Positions 19,085-26,721 of a DNA stretch of 36,736 nucleotides are shown here, piece after piece. The notes under the pieces are model-generated. The model was not told where the DNA came from, did not search any database, and saw only the letters and a list, made by a program, of their open reading frames with translations. The stretch is from Rhizobacter sp. (lineage in GTDB: Bacteria; Pseudomonadota; Gammaproteobacteria; Burkholderiales; Burkholderiaceae_C), in assembly GCA_021732645.1 (NCBI GenBank), contig JAKFUQ010000043.1, positions 1 through 36,736 on the forward strand, written 5' to 3'. The position numbers and the translations under genes are program-made. Within the stretch, counting starts at the first letter, position 1. Each line of letters opens with the position of its first letter.

Positions 19085-19953
19085 GCGGACCGTTCGTTGA
19101 ACGCCTGCCCGATGCGGCGGGCAAGGGGTCCATTCGCGTCTGGCTCAAATCATCGGCGTACACCCGGCGCCTGCTGTTGGGCGAGGCCGGTGACCCGTGG
19201 GTTTCCGGCGCGCACTACCTGGCTTATTTCTCTCAAGCCCATGGGCTGCTCAGACCCGACGTGGCGGTGCTGGAAGTGGGGGATCTGTACGACTCGTGGA
19301 ATGCCGCGCACAGCGGCGAGTTGGCGGAGTCGCTCGGGAAGCGGCGCAAGCCCGCAACGGCGCTGCGCAAGCTGCTCGAAGCCGAGGCGCCACGCAAGGT
19401 GCTGGCAGAAGTGGTCGAAGCGGTGCTGGCCCATCTGCGTGGGCAGACGCCGCTGGTGTTGTCGATTCCGTCGCCGCGGCGCTGGATGAACCACGCGAAC
19501 CAGTTGACCGGCAGCACCGATATCGAACTGACCTCTGACGACGCCGAAGACGCGGCGATGTACCTGGCCGATTTGATGCGCAGCGTGTCTGCCTTTTCTG
19601 TGTCGGGCGTGCTGCTGGAAGAAGCGCGCGACGCGGCGAACTTCCATGTCGAAGACCTGACGCGCTACACCTCGATCGTCAATGTCGTGCGCCACTACCG
19701 CTGGTCACTCGCCCTGCGCCTGCCGAACGACGCTGTGCCGGTACCCGAGGCTTTGGTGGATTTCGATGCGGTGATCTCGCCTGTGATCGAGTCGGCCGGC
19801 GCCGCAGCACTGGGCCGCGACATCAGTGCGGCATTCGCCACCGACGCCGCCATCGCGCCGCTCAGTGGTCGCCAGTTCTACTTCGCCGAGATCGACCCCG
19901 GCCTGCGTCCGGAGTCGGTGCTCGAGGCGGTGGCCCGGTTGCGCGGTGGCTGA
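19081..19953 (+). CDS. Hypothetical protein, translationally coupled to the HyuB-like gene (possible epsilon-type accessory subunit)
   Basis: GTG 19081 overlaps the upstream stop (GTGA). The 290-aa product is cysteine-free, and I recognise no family motif. It is in-frame within track ORF 18919..19953. Codon usage resembles its neighbours. Confidence 0.55.
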   Translation: MSGPFVERLPDAAGKGSIRVWLKSSAYTRRLLLGEAGDPWVSGAHYLAYFSQAHGLLRPDVAVLEVGDLYDSWNAAHSGELAESLGKRRKPATALRKLLEAEAPRKVLAEVVEAVLAHLRGQTPLVLSIPSPRRWMNHANQLTGSTDIELTSDDAEDAAMYLADLMRSVSAFSVSGVLLEEARDAANFHVEDLTRYTSIVNVVRHYRWSLALRLPNDAVPVPEALVDFDAVISPVIESAGAAALGRDISAAFATDAAIAPLSGRQFYFAEIDPGLRPESVLEAVARLRGG

Positions 19954-19969
19954 TCCGGCACGGGCGCCG

Positions 19970-21283
19970 GTGGACCGGATCCCGGTCAACCTGCTCACCG
20001 GCTTTCTGGGTTCGGGCAAGACCACGCTGCTGAACCACTGGGTTCACCTGCCGGCGATGGCCGGCGTGGCGGTGCTGGTCAACGAATTCGGCGAGGTCGG
20101 CATCGACCACCATCTGGTCGACACCATCGACGAGCAGACGGTGCTGCTCGATTCCGGTTGCCTGTGCTGTGCGATGCAGGGCGATCTGATCGGCGCGCTG
20201 AAGAACCTGGCGCTGCGCGCTTCGCGACGCGAGATTGCGCCCGTCACCCGCGTCATCATCGAAACCACCGGTCTGGCCGATCCGGTGCCGGTGCTCTACA
20301 CCTTGATGGAGGACAGCTTCGTTGCAGCGCGCTATGCCTGCGACGGTGTTGCGACGGTGGTGTCTGCCACCCATGGGCTGGAGCAACTCCGCGACTTTTC
20401 CGAAGCGACGCGGCAAGTGGTTGCAGCCGACCTGCTGTTCATCACCAAGTGCGATCGCGCCACGCCTTCGATGCTGGCGGCACTGCAAGAAGCGTTGAAC
20501 CAGCTCAATCCCGGAGCGCCGCAGCGGCAGGTCCGCGACGGAAAGGACGATGCGACGGCATTGCTTTCGTGCGGGCTCTACAGCTCGGCGAACAAGCTGC
20601 CGAGCCTGGCGCAATGGCTGGGTGAGGAAGCGCTTCATCAGGCGGCTGCACAGGATCGCGACGGAGCGAAGCCTGGGTGGCTTGCCGTCTCTGAGTCGTC
20701 CGGTGTTGCTGGTGAAGGTGGCGACTCGTCCGGTCGTCCGTTGGCCGAACGCTGGCGTGAGCGGCGCGATGCCCAGGTGGTTGAAACCGCTCGCTCGGTG
20801 GCGCCGCACACAGCCGGTGTCAACAGCTTCGTGATCACGTTCGATCAGCCGGTGCCCTGGTTCGGATTCGCGGTCGCACTCGGGAAAATCCTGTCTCAGC
20901 ATGGCAAGCAGTTGTTGCGCATCAAAGGTCTGATCAATGTGGCGGGAACGGTGCAACCGCAGGTCATCCAGTGCGTTCAAGGCGTCGCCTATCCGTCAGT
21001 GACGCTGCCGGCATGGCCTGCAGAAGGCCCGTTTCGTGATGGCTGCAGCCGGCTGGTCTTCATCGCTCGTGGCCTTGACGAGGCGCAGGTGGTGGCGATC
21101 CGCACGGCGCTGGCCCGGTTGCCCGTTGACGCCATCGCGCTGCGGATGAGTGCTGGCGACTCGATGCTGCCTACCCGCTGCTGGCTGGCGCAGCGTATGC
21201 CCGTGACCACCCCGAACGCCATCGAACACGACGGCTGGTTCGTTCAAGCCAAACGCTTTCGCGGGCGCAACTCGTCGTCTTGA
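19970..21283 (+). CDS. COG0523/CobW-family G3E GTPase (putative metallochaperone)
   Basis: NLLTGFLGSGKTTLLN (Walker A), metal-binding GCLCC (CxCC), ETTGLADP, and a CobW C-terminal-like domain (NSFVITFDQPVPW...LLRIKGLINV). GTG 19970 is the first in-frame start after the upstream stop at 19953. Confidence 0.85.
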   Translation: MDRIPVNLLTGFLGSGKTTLLNHWVHLPAMAGVAVLVNEFGEVGIDHHLVDTIDEQTVLLDSGCLCCAMQGDLIGALKNLALRASRREIAPVTRVIIETTGLADPVPVLYTLMEDSFVAARYACDGVATVVSATHGLEQLRDFSEATRQVVAADLLFITKCDRATPSMLAALQEALNQLNPGAPQRQVRDGKDDATALLSCGLYSSANKLPSLAQWLGEEALHQAAAQDRDGAKPGWLAVSESSGVAGEGGDSSGRPLAERWRERRDAQVVETARSVAPHTAGVNSFVITFDQPVPWFGFAVALGKILSQHGKQLLRIKGLINVAGTVQPQVIQCVQGVAYPSVTLPAWPAEGPFRDGCSRLVFIARGLDEAQVVAIRTALARLPVDAIALRMSAGDSMLPTRCWLAQRMPVTTPNAIEHDGWFVQAKRFRGRNSSS

Positions 21284-21368
21284 TTGATCGTTGCGACCTC
21301 ACATCATCAGTGAGAGCCGCCAGATCAAAATGCGATGAGCGGTCGCTTCCGGCCGAAGAAAGCTGACG

Positions 21369-22325
21369 ATGCCCGTTCAATGGTTCCCGGGTCACATGAA
21401 TGCGACCAAGAAGGCCATCATCGAGCGCGTCAAGGCGATCGACGTGGTGATCGAGATGCTCGACGCCCGGCTGCCCGGGTCGAGCGGCAACCCGCTGCTG
21501 GCCGAGCTGACGCGTGGCAAGCCGGCGCTGAAGGTGCTCAACAAGCAGGATCTGGCCGATCCACAGCGAACCTCACTGTGGATCGAGCACTTCAATGCGC
21601 AATCAGCCACTCAGGCGGTGGCGCTCGACGGCCGGGCCGGCGCGCCGGTGCACCGCGCAGTCGACGCCTGCCGCCAACTGGCGCCACTGCGTGGCGGCAT
21701 GGTCAAGCCACTGCGCGTACTGATCTGCGGCATTCCGAATGTGGGCAAGTCGACGGTGATCAACTCACTGGCTGGTCGTGTTGCCGCCAAGACCGGCGAC
21801 GAGCCCGGCATCACCAAGCTCGAGCAAAAGATCGTCATCGCGAATGATTTTTACCTGTACGACACACCGGGCATGCTGTGGCCGCGCATCGTGGTCGAAC
21901 AAGGTGGGTACCACCTCGCTGCCAGCGGTGCCGTCGGTCGCAATGCGTATGACGATGAGGAGGTGGCGCTGGTGTTGCTGGCCGCGCTGCATCGCGACTA
22001 TCCCGGCCTGGTCGAGCAGCGTTTTCGGCTCGATGCGACGCTGGCCTGCACCGACGATGAGCGGCTGGTTGCCATCGGCCGCCAGCGCGGTGCGGTGCTG
22101 CCGGGTGGGCACGTCAGCCTGCAGAAAGCCGCCGAGATCGTGCTGCACGACTTCCGCTCGGGCAGCCTGGGACGCATCACTCTGGAGACGCCGCACGATT
22201 GGCAGCGCTGGCAGGCCGAGGCGGCGGTGAAAGAGGCTGAGCGTGCAGCCCAGCGAGAGGCCAGGTCAAAGACCGGTTCCCGGTCCCGGGCCAGGTCTGC
22301 GTCGACTCAGACCAACGGTCAGTGA
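21369..22325 (+). CDS. rbgA: Ribosome biogenesis GTPase A (YlqF/RbgA)
   Basis: MPVQWFPGHMNATKK with circularly permuted G motifs: NKQD (G4), GIPNVGKST (G1) and DTPG (G3). Confidence 0.9.
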   Translation: MPVQWFPGHMNATKKAIIERVKAIDVVIEMLDARLPGSSGNPLLAELTRGKPALKVLNKQDLADPQRTSLWIEHFNAQSATQAVALDGRAGAPVHRAVDACRQLAPLRGGMVKPLRVLICGIPNVGKSTVINSLAGRVAAKTGDEPGITKLEQKIVIANDFYLYDTPGMLWPRIVVEQGGYHLAASGAVGRNAYDDEEVALVLLAALHRDYPGLVEQRFRLDATLACTDDERLVAIGRQRGAVLPGGHVSLQKAAEIVLHDFRSGSLGRITLETPHDWQRWQAEAAVKEAERAAQREARSKTGSRSRARSASTQTNGQ

Positions 22326-22807
22326 TGAGCGCTGGCGCCCGAGATCCAGCGCGATCCCGGTTTCAGTGAGCTCTCCACAGCGTCTTCCCGTTCCGCGCGC
22401 AGCGTGTCCAGCACCCGGGGCAGGTCACCTTGCAGGCGGTCCAGTGACAGCGGCTTCAACCAGTACTCGCGAGCTCCCAGGCTCATCGCCTTCACGATGT
22501 CGATCGTCAGCGTGTCACCCGTCAGCAGGATCACTTGGCAGTTGCCCTCGGCGATGTATCGATTCAGCGCGCGCACCACCTCCAGGCCGCTGATGTCGGG
22601 AAGGTGCATGTCCAGCAGGATCACATCGGGCATCGTGTCGAGCGCCGAGCGGATGCCCGAGCGGCCGTCGGCTGCCAAGCGCAGATCCACCGTGGGGAAC
22701 GCTGCCAGCAGAGCTTCGACCAGTTCCCGGCTGACAGGATCGTCCTCGATGCAGAGCACGGAGCCTCGAACGTCGCACCGTGGCGCGTTGTTTGCGTTCA
22801 TGTCCAT
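22319..22807 (-). CDS. Stand-alone response regulator (receiver domain only)
   Basis: 162 aa. CheY-like motifs SVLCIEDDP, DVILLDMHLPDISG, and LTGD...KPL. No output domain. Its 3' end overlaps the ylqF 3' end by 7 nt (convergent). Confidence 0.85.
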   Translation of the reverse strand: MDMNANNAPRCDVRGSVLCIEDDPVSRELVEALLAAFPTVDLRLAADGRSGIRSALDTMPDVILLDMHLPDISGLEVVRALNRYIAEGNCQVILLTGDTLTIDIVKAMSLGAREYWLKPLSLDRLQGDLPRVLDTLRAEREDAVESSLKPGSRWISGASAHH

Positions 22808-23069
22808 GGCGTGTGGCCCTCGGTCGACTGAAGCGGAGCAGGAGTTTTCAATGGTTGATGGTCGTCGTGTACTGCGCGCAACGTTATCGGTAGTTCCCCT
22901 TGATCCGGGGTTGACAAGCGAAAAAGTACTCGGTCAAAAAATCAGCCTACCGAACTCGCCGCTGCCGTGCCTGGGTGATGGCCACCGATGGATCTGGTCT
23001 ACTATTTACGTGCATCTGCGGTCGACGTGCCGTCAGCCGGGGGGCGGTCAATCACAAGGAGATGTGGCG

Positions 23070-24362
23070 ATGGCTGAACACTTGACTCGTCGCCAGCTTT
23101 TGGGCAGCGCAGCCACCGGCGTGGCGAGTGCGGCGCTGCCGTTCACGCCGACTGGCAACGCGCTCGCTGCTGGCGCGCCCATTGTGCTGGGCGTGCCCAC
23201 GTCGCAAACGGCAGCGGCCGGCGTTGCCGACGACCTGGATCACCTCAACGGCACCACCCTTGCGATGGAAGAAATCAATGCCGCAGGGGGGATCCTCGGT
23301 CGGCCATTGAAGCTGTTTGTGACCGACGTTGACAAGTTGTCGCCCGAAAGTTGCCAGCAGGCGATCGCCGCCGGTGTCGACGCCAAAGTGCATGCGATCT
23401 CGAATGCGTTCCTGTTCGTGCCGATTCCGGCCATGGACGCGTCGGCGAAGTACAAGGCGCCCTACCTGCAAGGCAACACCCAGCGCGCCGCTACCGAAGC
23501 CTTCAAGGCGAACTCGGCAAAGTACAGTCATATTTTCCAGACCGACCCGTCGGAGGTGCACTACGGCTACACCTATCCGCTGTGGCTGCAGGCGATGGAA
23601 GACTCGGGCAAGTGGAAGCCGAAAAACCGCAAGGTGCACATCGTGCAGGAGCAGGTGGCGTACTGCCAGACCATCTCGAAGGCTGCGCAGGCGGCGTTGA
23701 AAAAGAGCAAATTCCAGCTGGCAGCGGTGACCGACATCCAGTTTCCAGTGCAGGACTGGGGGCCGGTGATCCGCAAATTGAAGGAGGTCGATGCCGGCGC
23801 GATCATGATCGATCACTGGGTCGCCGCGGAGTACGCCGCCTTCTGCAAGCAGTTCCGTGCCAATCCGGTGAAGGACTCGCTCGTTTACCTGCAGTACGGT
23901 CCGTCGCAGCCCGAGTTCCTGACGCTGGCCGGTGACGCTGCCAACGGCTTTTGCTGGAGTACGGTGCTGGGTGTCTATGCCGACAGCCGCGGCAACGCAT
24001 TTCGTGCCAAGTACAAGAAGCGCTTCCCTGGCGTGATGGGTCTGGTGTACACCGGTAACGGCTACGACATCGCCTACTACCTGAAGGCGGCGTGGGAGGC
24101 GACGAAGGACCCGAATAACTTCAAAGCGGTGTGCGACTGGATTCGCGCCAATCCGTACCGTGGCGTGTGCGGACTGATGGACATGCGCAACCCGTGGCAG
24201 GAAGCGGCTCACTTCCCGGACAACGGCTACGACGTTACCGCCAAGGAACTTGAGAAAGGCATGAGTCAGCTCTACGTTCAGGTGCAGAACCGGGAGCACA
24301 GGATCATCTATCCGTACGAGTTGAAGGAATCGGGACTGGTCAAGGCACCCTGGTGGAGTTGA
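23070..24362 (+). CDS. Liv/AmiC-type (cluster-4-like) ABC substrate-binding protein with twin-arginine signal
   Basis: ATG 23070 follows AAGGAG. The N-terminus MAEHLTRRQLLGSAATGVASAALPF...NALA is Tat-like. The mature part (PIVLGVPTSQTAAAG...INAAGGILGRPLKL) is typical of LivK/amide-urea binding proteins. The track ORF 22404.. is an artefactual 5' extension. Confidence 0.85.
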   Translation: MAEHLTRRQLLGSAATGVASAALPFTPTGNALAAGAPIVLGVPTSQTAAAGVADDLDHLNGTTLAMEEINAAGGILGRPLKLFVTDVDKLSPESCQQAIAAGVDAKVHAISNAFLFVPIPAMDASAKYKAPYLQGNTQRAATEAFKANSAKYSHIFQTDPSEVHYGYTYPLWLQAMEDSGKWKPKNRKVHIVQEQVAYCQTISKAAQAALKKSKFQLAAVTDIQFPVQDWGPVIRKLKEVDAGAIMIDHWVAAEYAAFCKQFRANPVKDSLVYLQYGPSQPEFLTLAGDAANGFCWSTVLGVYADSRGNAFRAKYKKRFPGVMGLVYTGNGYDIAYYLKAAWEATKDPNNFKAVCDWIRANPYRGVCGLMDMRNPWQEAAHFPDNGYDVTAKELEKGMSQLYVQVQNREHRIIYPYELKESGLVKAPWWS

Positions 24363-24366
24363 GCCG

Positions 24367-25107
24367 TTGAACGCGCAGACGCTGTTCGCCTGCGAAGACA
24401 TCCACCTTGACCTCGGCGGGCGTGAGATCCTGCACGGCATCACGTTGGCGGTCGAGCGTGGCGAAGTTCTGGGTATCATCGGCCCCAACGGTGCTGGCAA
24501 GACCAGCTTGTTCGAAGTGTTGTCCGGTCGGCTGCAGCCCAAGCGCGGTCGGGTTCTGTTCGATGGCCAGGACATCACCCGTCTGCCGCTGTACGCGCGG
24601 GCGCGACTCGGCATCGGCCGCACCTACCAGACCCCGGTCGTGCCCGACGAGTTGACGGTGGGCGAGACCTTCAAGGCCGCGCGCCAGGCGTATGAGCCGT
24701 ATCTGACGCGCTTCGATGCCGAGTACGGTGCCGAGTTGATCGGTTTCAAGGTGTCGCCTGACGAACCCACCGTCAAGCTCGAAACCTTGAACCGCCGCAA
24801 GCTGCTGCTCGCCTGCCTGCTGATGCGCCGACCCAAGCTGCTGCTGATGGACGAGCCGGCAGCCGGGCTGATCAACTCGGAGGTCGACGAGATCGACCAC
24901 CTGATCCGCCTACTGTCAAAGGAGATGAACATCGCCGTGGTGATCGTCGAACACCGCATTGAATTGCTGGACACCATTGCCGACCGCGTGATGGTGATGG
25001 ACGCGGGCGAGACCATCTCGCAGGGCTCGCTGGCCGACGTGCTGGCCGATCCGAAAGTGCATGCGGCCTACTTCGAGAACGTCGTCGAAGGCAGCCTCGA
25101 TGGATGA
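24367..25107 (+). CDS. ABC transporter ATP-binding protein (LivG-like) with a degenerate signature motif
   Basis: Walker A GPNGAGKTS, Q-loop RTYQTP, Walker B LLLMDEPAAGL and H-loop VEH. The LSGGQ position reads LETLNRRK. The only possible start is TTG 24367, with GGAG 8 nt upstream. Confidence 0.85.
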   Translation: MNAQTLFACEDIHLDLGGREILHGITLAVERGEVLGIIGPNGAGKTSLFEVLSGRLQPKRGRVLFDGQDITRLPLYARARLGIGRTYQTPVVPDELTVGETFKAARQAYEPYLTRFDAEYGAELIGFKVSPDEPTVKLETLNRRKLLLACLLMRRPKLLLMDEPAAGLINSEVDEIDHLIRLLSKEMNIAVVIVEHRIELLDTIADRVMVMDAGETISQGSLADVLADPKVHAAYFENVVEGSLDG

Positions 25108-25825
25108 GCGCCCGCAGGTGCTGAACGTGCAGGGTTTGTCGGCCGGCTACGGGCCGCTGCGGGTGATTCACGACCTCGATCTGATCGTGCATGCCGGCGA
25201 GCGGGTCGGCCTGGTGGGACTGAACGGGCACGGCAAGTCGACGCTGTTCTATGCCATTGCAGGTCTCACCGGCTGGCAGCGCGGTTCGATCCGGCTGAAC
25301 GGCGTCGAGGTCGGTCGCACCCGCAGCCAGGGGCCGGGCCGCTACACGCACCTGGTGGTGCGGCAGGGCCTGGCGCTGATCCCGCAGGGCGATGAAATCT
25401 TCCACGGCCTGACGGTCGAAGAGCATCTCGACTCCGGCGCGTTCACGCCGCGTGCCTGGAAGGAGCGGGCGTCGCGCAAGGAAGGCGTTCTCAATATCTT
25501 TCCGCCGCTGCGCAAGTTGATGCGAATTCCGGTCGGCCGGCTGTCGGGCGGTGAACGTCGCATGGTGTCGATCGGCCGCGGGCTGATGGCCGAGGCCGCG
25601 CTGTTCCTCGTCGACGAGCCCTCGCTCGGCCTTGCACCGAAGATCGGCAAGGGCGTGATGGACGCGCTGATGGCGGTCGATCTGGGCCTGTCGGCCATGG
25701 TGATCGCCGAGCAGAACGTGGCGCTGCTCGAAGGTCGCGTCGACCGCGTGATCGGCATGCACGCGGGCAAGCTCAAGGGCGAAGCCACCGCGGCCATGTC
25801 GTTGCAGACCGCGCGCTACGCCTGA
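25100..25825 (+). CDS. ABC transporter ATP-binding protein (LivF-like)
   Basis: Walker A GLNGHGKST, signature LSGGERRM, Walker B LFLVDEPSLGLAP, and the AEQN motif. ATG 25100 overlaps the upstream stop (ATGGATGA). Confidence 0.88.
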   Translation: MDERPQVLNVQGLSAGYGPLRVIHDLDLIVHAGERVGLVGLNGHGKSTLFYAIAGLTGWQRGSIRLNGVEVGRTRSQGPGRYTHLVVRQGLALIPQGDEIFHGLTVEEHLDSGAFTPRAWKERASRKEGVLNIFPPLRKLMRIPVGRLSGGERRMVSIGRGLMAEAALFLVDEPSLGLAPKIGKGVMDALMAVDLGLSAMVIAEQNVALLEGRVDRVIGMHAGKLKGEATAAMSLQTARYA

Positions 25826-25837
25826 ATCCCCGCGCCC

Positions 25838-26719
25838 ATGGACCTGCTGTACGTCGTCTCGAACGCCTTGGTGCTCACCTGCATCTACGGCATGCTGGCC
25901 ATCGGTATTTCGATCACCTGGTCCAGCGTTGGGCTGATCAATTTGTCGTATGGCTTTATCTTCGCGTTCGCCGGCTATGGCGCGTGGTATGCCGCGCAGC
26001 ATGTATCGGAGCACGGGGCGGTGGTTTTGGCTGCGGGGGTCATCTCCGGCGCGCTCGGCGGATTGCTGGTGTGCGCGCTGGCCTTCATTCCGATCCACGA
26101 CAAGCCCAACTTCACCGTGCGCGGGCTGATCGCCACGCTGGCCATCAGCCTCATCGGCACGCAGGGGCTGATGTGGTGGTTCGGCCCGCGCGCGAAGAAT
26201 CTGCCGGAGATCTTCGGCAACTGGAGCGTGATGGTTGGCGACACCGCGCTGACCGCCGACAAGATCGGCAACGTGATCACCTCGATCGTCTTCGTCGCGG
26301 CCGTGGTGCTGTGGATGCGCTCCAGCCGCCGTGGCCTGGAGATCCGAGCGATGATGATGAACCCGCATGCAGCGGCCATCGTCGGCATCGGTGTGCGGCG
26401 CACCGGCTTCTATGTCATGGCGATCACCGGCGGCATGGCCGGGCTGGCGGCGGTGCTGCTGTCGCAGACCTATTACATCTCGCCGTTCGGCGGTCTGACC
26501 CCGATGATCAAGGGCGTCAGCATTGCGCTGTGCGGCGGCCTCGGCAGCGTGCAAGGTGCGGTGATCGCCGCCGCCATTCTTGGGTTGAACGAGGCGATCA
26601 CTAGCGTGGTGCTTGGTGGGCAGTACGTGCTGATCACGCAGTTCTTGCTGATCATCGCGATCTTGCTTGTGCGCCCACGCGGCATTGCGGGCCTCCTTGA
26701 TCGCGCTCGCGAGGCCTGA
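25838..26719 (+). CDS. Branched-chain-amino-acid-type ABC permease (LivH-like)
   Basis: 293-aa polytopic membrane protein ending LLVRPRGIAGLL, typical of LivH-family permeases. Confidence 0.88.
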   Translation: MDLLYVVSNALVLTCIYGMLAIGISITWSSVGLINLSYGFIFAFAGYGAWYAAQHVSEHGAVVLAAGVISGALGGLLVCALAFIPIHDKPNFTVRGLIATLAISLIGTQGLMWWFGPRAKNLPEIFGNWSVMVGDTALTADKIGNVITSIVFVAAVVLWMRSSRRGLEIRAMMMNPHAAAIVGIGVRRTGFYVMAITGGMAGLAAVLLSQTYYISPFGGLTPMIKGVSIALCGGLGSVQGAVIAAAILGLNEAITSVVLGGQYVLITQFLLIIAILLVRPRGIAGLLDRAREA

Positions 26720-26721
26720 GC

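Noticed and set aside
22808-23069. Riboswitch (for example guanidine-I/ykkC, which is common upstream of Liv/urea-type transporters) in the 5' region of the SBP gene.
   Set aside because: I could not find the conserved ykkC-type blocks (the CUAGGGUUCCG and GGGA...ACGR elements). Only short, weak hairpins are present.
22404-23069. 5' extension of the SBP ORF (the track ORF begins at 22404), and similar extensions for 16622..16807, 18919..19080, 19826..19969 and 1632..1991.
   Set aside because: The extensions run antisense through, or overlap, neighbouring well-supported genes and lack homology-like sequence. Internal starts with SD sequences or coupling overlaps fit the protein families.
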